Part shown: positions 12,104 through 24,988 of the stretch, piece by piece | How the letters are laid out: each line of letters begins with the position of its first letter | Position numbering within the stretch: the first letter of the stretch is position 1 | Source: Vitrella brassicaformis CCMP3155 | Taxonomy: Eukaryota > Protista > Chromerida | NCBI GenBank assembly: GCA_001179505.1 | Contig: CDMY01000306.1 | Span: forward strand, 62,001-126,000 | Reading direction: 5' to 3' | DNA: 64,000 nucleotides | The notes under the pieces: model-generated | What the model was told of the DNA's origin: nothing | Databases searched by the model: none | What the model saw: the letters and a program-made list of their open reading frames with translations, nothing else | Made by a program: the position numbers and the translations under genes

Positions 12104-13955
12104 TCAGTGCACCACCCACACCACACTCTGCCGGCACGTGAGACCCCCTCGATCACGCTGCGGTCCTCCTTCTCTCCGCCTCCCTCTCCACACCCTCATC
12201 TGACACATCCATGTCCATCCATCCATAAGGCACACATTGAATGCGTGTGTGTCACTCTGATCTGGCGCACCCTCCTCCTCCTCCTCCTCCTCCTCGTCGT
12301 CGTCGCCATTGCTATCCATATCTGCACACACACACACACACACACACATCGCAGACATACGAATGAGCCCAACGACATACGCACACACACATCCCCACCT
12401 CTCACCCTCATCGCTAAGGCCGTCATCGTCACCATCATCGTCCGCGCCGTCCTCTGCACCACACACACACACACACACACCGATTTGTCCGACACACAGA
12501 GACGAGATGGCCGGCTACATACTCACCCTCATCGTCTTCCTCTTCTTCCTGTTGGCTGAGCGCCATGTCTGCGATGGCGATGCCCAGCAGGCCGCGCACC
12601 AGAGGGGCGGTAGTGGGCCGGCGGTCCTTGAGGTCATCAGATGCACCACCCACTGGTGGCTCAGCGGTGACGACACGGACGACCACTGCAGGCATCAACA
12701 TAGCACACGTCAAACAATATGGCTCAACAATCAGCAGAAGATCTGCTATCCCTTTCTTGCCTGTGTTCATGTCGACATAAACACGGCTGCCGAGACCGAC
12801 CCATGCGACGAATGGCATGTCGAACGACGTCAGAAGCAGACACCGATGCTCTGCAGGGGGATCTTCATCGTCCCACCTCAACGCTACGACGGCTGTGCAT
12901 CGGTCGGGCGGCTGGTGGGGCGAGTGGTCCAGGAGGCCGTCCAGCACACCACCGTGAGCATACCTAAAGAACCACACAGAGAGCAGATACTCATTCGGAT
13001 GGATGTACTGTCGGTGTGTCCTGCGTACCGGTCCACGGGAACCCAAGGAGTTTGGCCCTCATTGACCGGTGGAGGGCCCCACATGATCATGTTCATGAAG
13101 AACGCCGACACCGACGCAACAGTGGCCACCTCACTACCGGCCGTCCAGCTGTCCCCCTGCAGGTCGATTGAGGATCTGACAGGGGGGTTTGTCGTTGATG
13201 ATGTGAGGGTGGTATGGGTGGGTGGCGGGGAGGGGGGGGTTGATGGTCAGCTCGAAGTCCGGCTCGTCCTTGATAGCCCGCACACCGCCGCCCGGCTGGT
13301 CGAACAGCTCAAAACGGCAGTAGTTGCCGCCGAAGTTGACGTGCCGACCGATCATCTTCCACATCGCCAGAACACGCGGCTCGGCCAAATACGCCTGCAA
13401 CAACAGACACACCCTCTGAACCACCCATCCCTCCTCCCCTGTCCCCTCCGTCCCGCCCACCTGTTTGGTGGTGTGCCTCTGGATGTCCTGCACACTCATG
13501 GTGATGGGCAGAGTGCGGAAGCCGCACTGCAGCGCCAACTTCAGCGCGTTGGCCACCTCGGTCCACTGCTGCGTGTCCACCAGCCAGATGGCCTTCAGCA
13601 GCAGGTGGCGGTCCAGCTGAGTGTCAAATGCGATGATGGTGTGCAGTCCCTTGGCCACGAGGCAGCGATTGAGTCGGGTGCGGAGGACATATGGCGAGAA
13701 GTCGACTTCCCAGAGGAAATGCGCCGTGGCCCTGAGGCTGCCGACCTCAAACCGGCTGCACACACAATTGTACACGCAGACATCACACAGCTCCAAGTGT
13801 GCCTATGGGGCTCTCAGGTTGTCGCTTTCCTTGCTCGTGCAGTGCTTGTGCTTCGCATACGTGTGGAGGGCGTCCCTGTCGGCTTTGTGGAGGAAATCGA
13901 GTGACTCGTCATTGATGGTGGCGCCACATCTGTCCGCAGTGTGGTTATTGCCCAT
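12104..13955 (-). pseudogene. MGN-family hypothetical protein M1, frameshifted at ~13185
   Basis: MGNNHT...DALH|TRFEVGSLRATAHF...; paralogue of 36097-37717. One extra base in a G/C run at 13182-13187 shifts the frame relative to the paralogue. Acidic C-terminal exons. Confidence 0.55.
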
Positions 13956-14022
13956 CTTCCGCCGACTCGCTAACGGATGAAATCAGTTACTCGGCTGTCA
14001 CAGGGGCCTGTCTGCTGCGAAC

Positions 14023-14160
14023 TCATCGCTGTCGTCCGCAGGCGACTCCGGCGGCTCCTCCGCGTTTCGCTTCTTCTTTCTTCGCAAACATCACGGAAAC
14101 CCCCTTCGTCAGGTGTCGTGGCGATCCACTCACAGCTCGCACACGAAAGCTTTGCAGTCG
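14023..14160 (-). pseudogene. Orphan 5' fragment of a B-type BTB-TLDc gene
   Basis: Near-copy of 20098-20220 (MFAKK...EEPPESPADDSDEF) but frameshifted to a 22-aa ORF (14091-14023). Confidence 0.8.
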
Positions 14161-14198
14161 CACGACGTCGCACGCGACTTCCTCTCTTATAGTCCATT

Positions 14199-16937
14199 AT
14201 GATGTCTGAGATGAGTTCCACTACCATGGTCCTTCCCCTTCCGACGGACGGTGACAGTACCAGCCCGAGAGTCAGCCCCAGCAACTTTGACTCAAAGGAG
14301 CGGTCGCGGCCAGCCGACAATGGTGAGGGGCGGCGCCAATGTGCTCTCCGGCAGGACATGCACACCTTCTTCGGCCCCAACTGCGAGAACACAACCGGAA
14401 CACAACCACGCGTGGACCAAGGGAGGCCTCAAGAGCTCATCGCCGAGAAGGGCCGTGCTCTCAGCCAGGAGATTCAGAGCAGCGACTGCCTCCTGGACCT
14501 TGACCTTCCACAAGGGGAGGCGGCGAGCGTCCACGTCAACGATGATGCTTTCAGAAGGCCCAGCCACCATGCAATGTCACAGTCGACCTTCACTGAGGAG
14601 GGGGGGCCGGGGCCACAAAGGGCCGAGGAGGTGGCCATCCAGGCGATGAAGACGGAGTTCGAGAAGGCTGCCGGTGAGCCAAATGAAGGGGCCGAAGGGT
14701 ACACAGCACTAATTTGGTAACAGTACAAACCTGGTGAGTCCTCTGCTTGGCTGCACCGATGTCCAGGGTACCCGGCGGCCTTTGAGGAATTCGAATCGCA
14801 CCTGGTCTATGAACAGAAAACCGTAGCGGATGACGGCGAGACAATTCACCTGCGGGAAGTGCTGGTCGGCACTCGGTTTACGCCTGAGCCATTCATGCGG
14901 TCATTGCGGCGAGTGGTGTGTTTGGTCCTGCTACAAGTGCTGTATGCCAGTGTCTTGGCGTTGTCAATGGTGAGCTATACTCTCTAGAAAGAAGACGGAT
15001 GGAAGGGGTCCGATTCATCGCTTCTTGTACAACATGCACAGATACCCATGCCGCTCGCCCTTTGGCGCACCTGCGAATCTGAGGCAAAAGCATTACAGAT
15101 CATGCTAGACTACGTCAGGACTTTTATTGGCTCCTCATCCATCATCGTATGGTACCTCGCGATGATTGAGGGACACCGCCTTGAGAGATTATTTCGCCGG
15201 CTCCAGAGAACGTGGCACCATTTCGTGCTGTTTCCAGGTGCATGCACACTCCTCCCCACACATCCATACACACACGAAGGAATGACGACCATGAATGGAT
15301 GGATGGATGAATGGATGGATGCACGACGAGTGCAGTATGCTATTTTGCATTCAACGCTTTGTACCTGGAGCATCGACTTCGGCCGTATGCCCTCATTTTT
15401 CTGTCGTGAGTGAGACACGCAAGGAGGCACCTCGGGAGCATTGAGGCTGAAAACAAACGCATGTTTCCTGTCTCGTCACGTCTGTCACCTACAGACTGGG
15501 ACACGTGGGCTTGGGGATCCTGACACCCCTTGGATTCTTCTGGCAAGCAACAAGAGACATGCCCAATGTGGTTAAGAGGCGATGGCTGTACGTACTGCAA
15601 ATGATGTTCATCCTGAGTGTTTCGGTTGTGGGCCAATTTTTCTGGGTTGGCATATTCCTCCCGAGAGGTGAGAGGGCGGCGACAGACACCGCGAGGGCCC
15701 GAGTGGCGTTCACATGTCTCCTGGCCTGTTGGCCGTTGGTGGCCGTGGTGAATGGGAGTATGCGAAAGATGAAAGATGGGCCGCCGCTCTACAATTACAG
15801 CGTCATTTACTACCTTGTACACGTCACATATACATAGAGAGAGAAAGATTTTCATGTCACGAAAGTGTGGTTGTCAGTGTCTCGGCTCGCTCGTCGTGCC
15901 TCGGCTCCTACAGGTCACGCAGCCGGATGACGTATGAGTGTGCATCAAGGTTTTTGTGCTGGTCTTTACCTTTCTATCCACCGCATGTTTTTGCAGGCGA
16001 AGATGGTGAATCTTAGCAGCAAAATTATATCGTCTTTCTTATTCGCCCTCTACGATCTTCTTGGCGATCTGGCGGTGCCCTATGCTGACATGCTCCACGC
16101 CAAGATCATCCGAATACTCAAGCGGACACGTGACAACCAATCAGCCAAGCCGGCACACAAGACAGGGGCCTTCAACGCGATCAAAGGCCGCTCGCAGCAC
16201 GTTGCTGAGTCCCGGGCCGGCAGCAGCGAGACAATTAGTACCGGAGCATCCAAGAGCCGTGCGGCCAAAGGAGAGCCGCGGCGATCGTCGAGTGAGATCT
16301 ATCAGAGTGTGATGCGGGCAGGCCGCATGCAGTCAAGATCAAGCGGGCTGTCATCCATGGCGTCCGTGGTCGATCTGCAGAGCAATTTCATGGCCTATGA
16401 CGTCCGTCCGAGGTACCTTCGTGCGTTGGCGGACCAAACCCATGCCTACAACCAAGCCGAAAGCGTGGTTCTCATATTCATCAATCTGTCGTTGATGTTG
16501 ATGGAGCAGCTGCTGTCTCCCTCGCTGCCCCGGCTGTTCGAGAGGCTGGGCGGGCTGTGTCTCCTGGTCGCCATCGAGATGGCATGCGAAGTCGTCCTGT
16601 TTATGGTGGGTGCCAGTCCTGGCTAGTGAGAGGGAGACGGGAGAGAGACACAGGGGACATTCCACACAGTCTGCATCTCCCATTCGTGTGTGTATGCGTG
16701 TGTATCTTATGTGTCTAGGTGGCAGTGCGGCTGCACAACCTGCCTGTTTTGCGATGCGAGGATGAGCCTGGTGTAAAGAAATGCAGACTGTTCACCTTGT
16801 TTGCCGCGTGCACCCTCTTCGCATGTTCGTGTACACCCTACATCATCCTCTTTCTGCTTCGTGGCCTGCAGCCGACCGTCTATGGCGATATCCGTATGGT
16901 TGAATTGTGTCCCTATATAGCCTACGAGAGCTTTTGA
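14199..16937 (+). CDS. Multi-exon polytopic membrane protein (~10 hydrophobic segments), function unknown
   Basis: Exons encoding e.g. VVCLVLLQVLYASVLALSM, WLYVLQMMFILSVSVVGQFFWVGIF, LGGLCLLVAIEMACEVVLFM|VAVRLHNLP..., ending PYIAYESF*. Confidence 0.65.
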
Positions 16938-17769
16938 CAGGAAAGATGGAGACGGATAGCTCGCCAGCTGAGGGGCATGGACGACGTTTTGGACGTGTGT
17001 CAGCGATTTAACGTGCGGTGAGCGAGGGAGATGTTGGCATCTGCTTTGAGTTTTGGCTTACATATGGCTGTCTGTAAGGAATCCAGCAATGCGTTGCATT
17101 ACGCATTCATATTGGATGCGTACACGGATGTCTGTCTTTTCGTCCGAGCGCACGCGTGATCGGGATGATTGATATGCCAAGTACACTCGCATTTACACAC
17201 TTACTCGGAGAAATGACGTGTGAACATGATTTGCGGTGAGTGAATCAATGGGATACAGCCGCCTCATTGCGTCAAGCCCTACAGCGACAGCGAGACATTC
17301 TCTCAAAATCCCTCTGCCTTAAATGTCAGGAAGTGAATGAGTTGTCTCCTCGCGGAAAATTCTGGCCGTCCGGCGCTCTGGCCGTGAAGCCTTCAGCGTT
17401 TTTCGGCAACACAGTCATGTACAGACATAGTATACATAAGCGGGAATTCTACAGAACCGCTCAATTTCAAATTGTTGTGGATCTGTTCATTGATGATATG
17501 AACGTGTGTGTATACAGAGGTACATATATACATTATCGATGGATGGGCTCATGCGGTCATACATGTGTGTGCCCCAGTTGGACCGGATGAGGATGAGAGG
17601 GGGGCTGTGGCTGGTGCGTCAAGGAGTCCATGCATGGACGGATGGATGGATGGATGGACAGATGGCGATGGATACCTCACGTGTGTGGGTGTATAGATCA
17701 GCCATTGCATGCATGCATTGTTTGACATGCCACACCGTCCACAAATCAATGAGTCGAGGGGTGTATAAT

Positions 17770-20230
17770 TGGATGGCTGTACATGGGTTGATGGCCAGAC
17801 AGACAGACAGACATGCATGTCGTCATGACACGGCACGAACGGACGAATGAATGGGTCGTCAGCTCATGCACCGTAGACATGCAGAAAGATCCATACAGTC
17901 AGTCCGTCAAAGAATGGCATGTGACAACTTTGAGAGAGCGGTTGGACCTCTGCTCTGCTCTGTGCGATCACCTCAACACATCCGCCACCTGAACCACACC
18001 CAACACAGACTAAGAAGAGAGAAGCGCCTCGCTATCAGCTGAACAGCGCCTCGCTGTTTTGTATACCTGCTGCGCCCGCTCGCATGGGGTCGTCGACGTC
18101 AAGTATGGTCAGCCAGTGGCAATCTGCACATCCATCCATCCAACCATCCAGCCACAGACACGCGGATCGACACTCACACAGATGAGTGTGCGGTGACGGC
18201 CACTCACCTGCCAGATCTCCATCTCATCGCACGTGAAGGTCGCGGACTGCGCCAAAGTGCCGTCGCCGTTGTGATTGACCGTCCCCTTGTATCCCTCCGA
18301 CAGCTCATCCCTCTTGATCCACTGATGGCAGCTGCTGAGGTCGGACGCAGGACCAGGCTGAGCGAAACCCAGCCAGAGATACCCGCGGGCGATGCTCACA
18401 TTGCCGATCGGCTCGCCCTTGCTCGTCACTACCCCCTGTCTGCCGGCCACCTCCACCCAATGCCTGCCCCCCGGCAGTTCGATCTTGGTCGGCGTCTCGT
18501 ACGCCCCCGACAGCGAAAAGAAGAAGACGGGCGCCTTGTATTTGTTGGTCTTGGTGGGGTCCTCGGGCGGATCGAGTGGGCCGTCGATGAAGCATCCGAA
18601 TCGGTGTGTGTCGCCGTCTCGGAGGGCGAAGAGCAGGCCGCTCTTGCCGGCCACACACTCGAGCATCTTGGGGAACTCATACGTGTCACGACTGCCCCTG
18701 ACAGACACACGTCAGACACACACACACACACACACCCGGAGGCAGGTCTTTCAAGGCCCTCTCGCTGCTGTCTTTGTGTGTGAGGCTCGCTGACTTGTAT
18801 AAGAGTGACGGCATTGGCGAGGTCTTGCCCGTCATGTTGAGCAGCTCCGCCATCTCGTCGTCGGTCTCGATGACGAAGCCGCCCCCCGCCACGCCGCTGA
18901 AGAAGGGCTCGTACTTCAGCCCATACATCTCGGTGTCCGTCCGAATCTGCTTGGCGTTGGGGGCCGTCGGCGGCCTCACCAAAGTGCCGAGCGGCGCGAT
19001 GCGACGGCGACGGGCGAAGTCGATGGCCTTCATGAGATGGTCAGGGCGGATGGAACTCACAGGCGCACCACTGCAGACACAAGAGAAGGACACAGACATG
19101 ACGATTGTGCCTCTCCCATCTGTTTGATGTTGTGTGACCCACCTGTGGAACGTCGTGTAGAGTCGTTTGTCGCGGCCAACACGCGCCAGTGTGGCCTCGG
19201 TGGTCGACACCGTCTCGCCCAGGACGCGCACACTCCTTATCTCATCGCCCTCCCCTCCCTGCCCCCCCTCAGTCGCCAGCAGCGGCTTGACAAGCTTGTG
19301 GAAGTTGAGCAGGCCCCGCTGCACCTCGCCCAGCCGCCCCACTGACGCATCCAGGCTTGCAGTGCTGCTGCTGAGGGCTGCCATGTGGTCGCTACCCCCC
19401 TGCTCCCCGTCCGCATCATCGTCCTCCTCGCCATCCTGCTGCTGCTGCTGTTGGTTGTCCACCTCCATGTGGTCGTCATCGTCGCTGTGCGGGGCCGTGT
19501 CTGTGGGGATGTCGAGTCGAGGCCACTCTTGGAAGTGAAGAGGAGATGGTGCCAGAAGAGGGACGACACGTCGGTGTCGTGTGGAGGGGTCAGGAGGATC
19601 TCGTGGCTCTCGCCCTGCGCATCAGCCATGCCGACATTGGTAATCTCATCACGCAGCCTGACAAAGGCAAACAACAGCAGGCACTCTATGTGAGCTTGGT
19701 GTGCCTCCCTCCGCCTTTCTCTCTGCTGGTTGGCTGACCACTTCATGTAGATTTGGTCAGCGTCGAGGAATGGGCGGCCCTCTGTGTCCTTGGGCAGCCC
19801 ATCCAGGTGGTGCAGCAGCAGATAGGCGATGATGCTCTCACTCACGCCGGGCAGCAGCAGCGGCTTGCGCGGCACACACAGCACCGTCCCGCCCACGTTG
19901 ATCTCAATCTCCTCACTCAACGGGCCCGTCACCCTCGGCTGCCCTCCGCTGCTCGTTATCAGGTCCTTGATCGTCTTGGCTTGCTGCCGCAGCTTCTTGC
20001 GCATCTGTTTGGCCGACTGCTCGATGGCGGCGAGTGCCTCGTCGGCCTCCTTCAACAGCGCATCGACTGATGCCCTCCCGATGAAGGGGAGCGGCTCAAA
20101 CTCATCGCTGTCGTCCGCAGGCGACTCCGGCGGCTCCTCCGCCTTGCGCTTCTTTGCAAACATCACGGAAACGGGCTTTTGTCGAGGGGCGCGGCGATCC
20201 ACTCAAGCTCGCAATCGGAAATCGCTGGGG
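17770..20230. repeat. Direct segmental duplication, copy 1 (B1 plus flanks)
   Basis: Coding, intron and 3' flank sequences align with ~42215-44660 in the same orientation. Confidence 0.85.
18109..20163 (-). CDS. BTB/POZ-BTB-TLDc domain protein (B1)
   Basis: MFAKKRK start, IEINVGGTVLCVPRKPLL, second BTB-like VRVLGETVSTTEATL, TLDc HRFGCFIDG...FFFSLSG...FTCDEMEIWQV; four exons. Confidence 0.85.
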
Positions 20231-20269
20231 GAGCCTGACACATTTCATATCCCAGCCGTTCATAGAGCG

Positions 20270-20455
20270 TTTTGCTTCTCCCGATCTGAGCCGTCTGATC
20301 CGAGCGTAGATCTCCCAATCCAAGACCTGCATGGGTCCGTCTGGCCCGCCACCCAGCCCTTGTTGCAGCGTGCCGGCAGCAGCAGAAGAAGACACTGTCG
20401 TGATTGTGCGGACTCAGCTCGTCGGCGGCGTCCACCGCTCCACAAGGGGCATCAG
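20270..20455. repeat. Dispersed ~185-nt segment X, copy 1
   Basis: Reverse complement is near-identical to ~35805-35975. Confidence 0.85.
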
Positions 20456-20531
20456 CTAGCGGCACCACCAGCAGCAGCAAAGCGAGAAGAACGAAGGGAT
20501 CTGTCCGTGTGTGAGGCGCGGCGTGGGTGTG

Positions 20532-21671
20532 ATGGGATCACTGAGTGGTGTGGATGATGTGGAGGGGTTTGAGGGCGCGGAGAAGGCGCTGGAGTTGGAG
20601 TTTGAAGTCGCTGAGGACGACGCACTCGGTCTCAGACGTGAGCACCATCACAGCACATGCACACGAAGAGAGAGAGTACGTGCAGCAGCATATGTCTGTG
20701 TTTCTCTCCCACAGGTTGGTCTCGTTCCGTGTGGGATCACCTGTTGTCGCTGGCGCGGTGCGCCATCCTGGATGTGACGTCCAACGAGGCCATGGACGCC
20801 TACATCCTCTCGGAAAGCTCCCTGTTCGTCTACCGCCACCAGCTCATCGTCAAGACATGTGGCCGCACCACACTGCTCGAGATGCTGCCAGACGTACTTG
20901 ACACGGCCAAGAAAGACGGTCGGTGCACCGACCACACACACACACACACACACGCTCGCAGAGAGAGAGAGAGAGAGATACGGTGTGGTTGGTTGGTTGG
21001 CAGGTCTGTCGGCGATATTCATTCTGTATCGCCGTAAGAATCTGCTGTGGCCCGAGCAGCAGATCTGTCCGCACGGCGATCCCCACAAGGAGGAGGAGTT
21101 CATCAACCAGTTCTTCGACAACGGAGAGGGGTTCATCATCGGACCACCCAAGGGCGACCACTGGTGGGTGCGCCGCCCGACTGACTGCACACGTGGTGGT
21201 GGTGTGCATCTCTGTCTATGTGTGTGGTGTGGCGTGTGCAGGTACCTGTACATAGCGGACAACTCGCAGCCCCCCTACACAGAGGCCGAGCAGACCCTCG
21301 AGGTGCGTGACGTGAAGCAGCAGCGGACAACCAACACACAGAGACGCACACCAGTGGGCCCACGTGTGTGTGTGTGTGTGTGTGTGTAGATAATGATGCA
21401 CGAGTGTGACAGCGACGCGCTGCGGCCGTTCTTCAACCAGACGGGCGACAAGGACGCCAGACATGTCACGGAGACCACCGGCATTGCGGTCAGTGAGTGA
21501 GCCAGGGAGGGAGGACAGCACTCCCTCCCACACACGTGTGTGTACCGATGTGTGTACATACAGGGGCTGCTGCCCGGTTCTCTGCTGCACGAGTATCTGT
21601 TCTCTCCGTGCGGCTACTCGATGAACGGCATGCTGGGCAAATCCTACTGGACCATCCATGTCACCCCCGAG
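20532..21671 (+). CDS. AMD1: S-adenosylmethionine decarboxylase proenzyme (3' partial)
   Basis: [23 protein letters not shown] (intact E|S self-cleavage site), [24 protein letters not shown]; six exons; C-terminus runs into the N-gap. Confidence 0.93.
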
Positions 21672-21688
21672 GTAGGTGGCCCCAACCC

Positions 21689-21988
21689 NNNNNNNNNNNN
21701 NNNNNNNNNNNNNNNNNNNNNNNNNNNNNNNNNNNNNNNNNNNNNNNNNNNNNNNNNNNNNNNNNNNNNNNNNNNNNNNNNNNNNNNNNNNNNNNNNNNN
21801 NNNNNNNNNNNNNNNNNNNNNNNNNNNNNNNNNNNNNNNNNNNNNNNNNNNNNNNNNNNNNNNNNNNNNNNNNNNNNNNNNNNNNNNNNNNNNNNNNNNN
21901 NNNNNNNNNNNNNNNNNNNNNNNNNNNNNNNNNNNNNNNNNNNNNNNNNNNNNNNNNNNNNNNNNNNNNNNNNNNNNNNNNNNNNNNN
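21689..21988. other. Assembly gap (300 N)
   Basis: Run of N followed by poly-G; probably hides the last AdoMetDC exon(s). Confidence 0.99.
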
Positions 21989-22635
21989 GGGGGGGGGGGG
22001 GCGTGCGTGGGCTGCCTGGCTTGCTGTGTGTGTAAGGGGAGGGAATTGTGTGTGTGTGAGTGTGTGTGTGTGGTGTGTGTGTCTTGACGGACTGTCAAGT
22101 GAGTTGCCCATGGTGGGGTGGACCTGGTGCGTACGATAAGGGGCGGTTGTGTGTTGGGTTGGGCGCTGCTGGGCGTTTGTTGGATTTTTAGAGCTCGGTA
22201 GTTCCTACCGTGCTCTGCTCGTTGATGTGCATTGCATACCAATGCCTCCGTCACGGATACATCAACGTCAGACCCGATGGATGGATGGATGGATGGAGGG
22301 ACGCTGTGCATTTTCGTGTTGACGTCAGTTGGTTGCGTCTCTGATCGATCAGGTCTGATTCAGTGCACTGAATGATTGCCCCTCCACGCTTGTCGTAGCC
22401 ACAGGTCAAGATGGACAGTTTCGACCGCGGCAGATCTAGACCTCATAAGGTGGACACGTATCCAGTCAGCCGCCCGACGCGCTCATGCATATCGCAGGGC
22501 AACGCAACGCCCGTCTCAGAACGCAGCAGCTGGATGTTTGCCTGTCCGCATGCCGACTGAGGCTCGGTCGGTATGACTGTACACTAGACACCAGCTGGCA
22601 CTAGGCTATTCACATACCCGCACCTGTCTCCCCCC

Positions 22636-24889
22636 TCAGCCCATCCCCTCAGTGCCCTTCTCCCCGTCACCAGCATCACCTACCGGCCACATCTCCATCT
22701 CGACGGTCCACTCGTGCTCGCGCGGCCGCTGTGCCAGCTCGTCATCCGATGTCTCCTCCTCATCGAATCGCTTGTAGGCCAGTCGCGTCGCCTCCATGCG
22801 ATACTCTGGCATGTCCTGCCGCACGCGGCCCTGGCCGAACAGCGACTTGAGCTCGCTCTTGATCCCGTCGGCATCGCCAGGGGCGGAGAAGATGTCGGCT
22901 CGCTCGCCGAGATTAAGGGTGGCGTGGCTCGGCCGCACCTCGTGGACGAGCCGGAAGAGGTCCCGCAGCCGATCGGGGACGCTCTCTGCTCTCGCGTTGT
23001 AGATGTCCTGGTAGCTGCCCACGTCCATATCGATGGGGCTGATCTCGATGCTGAGCTCTTCCACTGTGGGGTACTGTCGGGTGGTGTCAGGGGAGGGGAA
23101 GGCGACAGGGGCGGCCGCCTTGATGCGGGGCCGGTTGAAGAAGAGCGGCTCGTCGTGCTCTATCTCCAACTTCTGCGACCCAAGTGAGAAGGATCCATTC
23201 ATTAGAGAGGGTTGTGGCCGTGCAGTGTGTGTGTGTGTGTGTGTACCTTGAGTGGCTTGGCGATGCCCTGCTGAATGTATGCGAGCGCCTCGGAGGCCAG
23301 GATGGCGCCGAGCCCCAGACAGTCGAAGTCCACGTGTGCGAGTGCGGGGAGGGATGAGAGGATGCGGGAGAGTCGGTTTGGCTTGGCGGGCGGGATCAGG
23401 TACTCGGGGTCACACGTCGGGATGCCATCATATGGGCCTTCGTAGTTGCACAGGAAGACCTCCGTCATACTACTGAACCCACCCACACATCAGGCAGGCG
23501 CCTCTATCGCCTTTGCTGTGCGCCTCACTCACCTGAGTGACTTGAGCGTGGTGTCCTCGGTCAGCCACAGGGGGATGCTGTTGAAGGACTCAGCAGCGAC
23601 ATCGGGGCTGCTAATGTTGAGGTCAATGTTCAGTCTCGTGGCGCTGTCGAACCGGATGCCGCTGAAGTGCGGGCTGGTGGGATCGCCTGACCCACTATCG
23701 TCCCCAAGCAATGACACCTCGTCGCCCCCCTCCGAATGCCGCTTGATGGTCTCTACCAGCTTGAGAGTCTCGGCGGTCGGCGGGCCCTCGGTCCTCTCAG
23801 CATGACGGCAATATATGACGGTATCGCCTCCCTCTCTGACGACCTCCCACCCCATCTGCTCTGCCGCCTGGATCGTCTGCACTGAGTCATAGGTCTGCGG
23901 ATCGGTCAGGTCTCGGAAGATGCGAAGGGGGCAGTGGACCTTGAGGTGGCGCTTGGTGGCGGCTCCCAACGGGGAGGGGCAGGGGGAAGCGGCCTGACTT
24001 GCGCTGCTGGACGAGGCCGACTGCCCTTGTGTGGCGTCAGCTGGCGCAGCAATGTCACCAGCAGGGTTGTCTCCTGTGTCCTGAGGCCCCGCAGCTTGAG
24101 GTGGCCGACGTGGCGCAGGTTCTTGAGCGATGAGAGGGCAGCGGTGGTGAGGGGCACCACACAGCTCTGGTTGACCCTGTTGAAATCAGTGCAGCACAGC
24201 AGTGGGAAGATGTCCAGCTGGGTGAGGGATGGGGACGAGCCGATGATGAACGCCAAACTGCCATCGAGCACGGCGCAGATGGATGCCCACTTGCCCGGCA
24301 AGTTGCGCTCGGTGTCCTCTATCTCGTCGTCGGAAAAGACCTTGCCCGTGAGCCGTTCGAGTGCCGGACAGACGAGCTTCTGCTGCCGGAAGAGATGCAG
24401 TCCGTCGGGGCTGTCCACCTTGACCGACGTGACCGACGGAAACACCGCATCGGGCCCCTTGACATGCGCCAGTGACAGGCCACCCTTTCGATCCTTGGAT
24501 TTTGGTTGAGCCGTCTGAATGTCCTTGAGCGTGTCAGTGTGGTTGACCAGCTGCAGCGAGATGAAGGCGAATAGCCGCGCCCGGCCGATCTCCTCGACCT
24601 CCTCCTCTCCGGGCAGCAGGATGATGGCGTGCTGCTGCTGCTCGAACGTCACCAGGCTGCCGTCTGGTCCCCTGCAGCTGAGGCCGTGGTTGGGACGGTG
24701 CCAGTTGATGACCCGGATCAGCGAGTAGATGGCCCAGTAGAAGGGGCGGCAGACACAGCTCATCGCCAGGCGCTCCTTGACGGACTGATACGATGACACG
24801 TTGAGCCAGATGAGCCCATCCAGCAGGCTCGTGAGGCTCCTCGTTGCCATCTTGGCTGGATGAGTCATCTTGGCTGGCGGGCCGTCCAT
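22636..24889 (-). CDS. F-box-like N-terminus, degenerate LRR-like protein
   Basis: SLLDGLIWLNVSSYQSVKERLAMSCVCRPFYWAI fits an F-box-like pattern; four exons ending KGTEGMG*. Start could be 24913, 24889, 24868 or 24850. Confidence 0.6.
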
Positions 24890-24988
24890 CGCTCGGCACC
24901 CACACGTGCCCATCAGAGATCAGCTAGTACGCCGCTACAGCTTCCTGCTCTCCTCACCCTTTCGCGCACATCTTAGCTCGCAGAAGAC

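Noticed and set aside
12309-13904. 531-aa plus-strand ORF (and 333-aa ORF at 35755-36756)
   Set aside because: Antisense shadows of M1/M2; no recognisable motifs, microsatellite-derived residues, and long open frames are expected in GC-rich coding DNA.
17240-17590. 116-aa ORF in a less GC-rich intergenic stretch
   Set aside because: Non-ATG start, no motifs, and codon usage unlike neighbouring genes.
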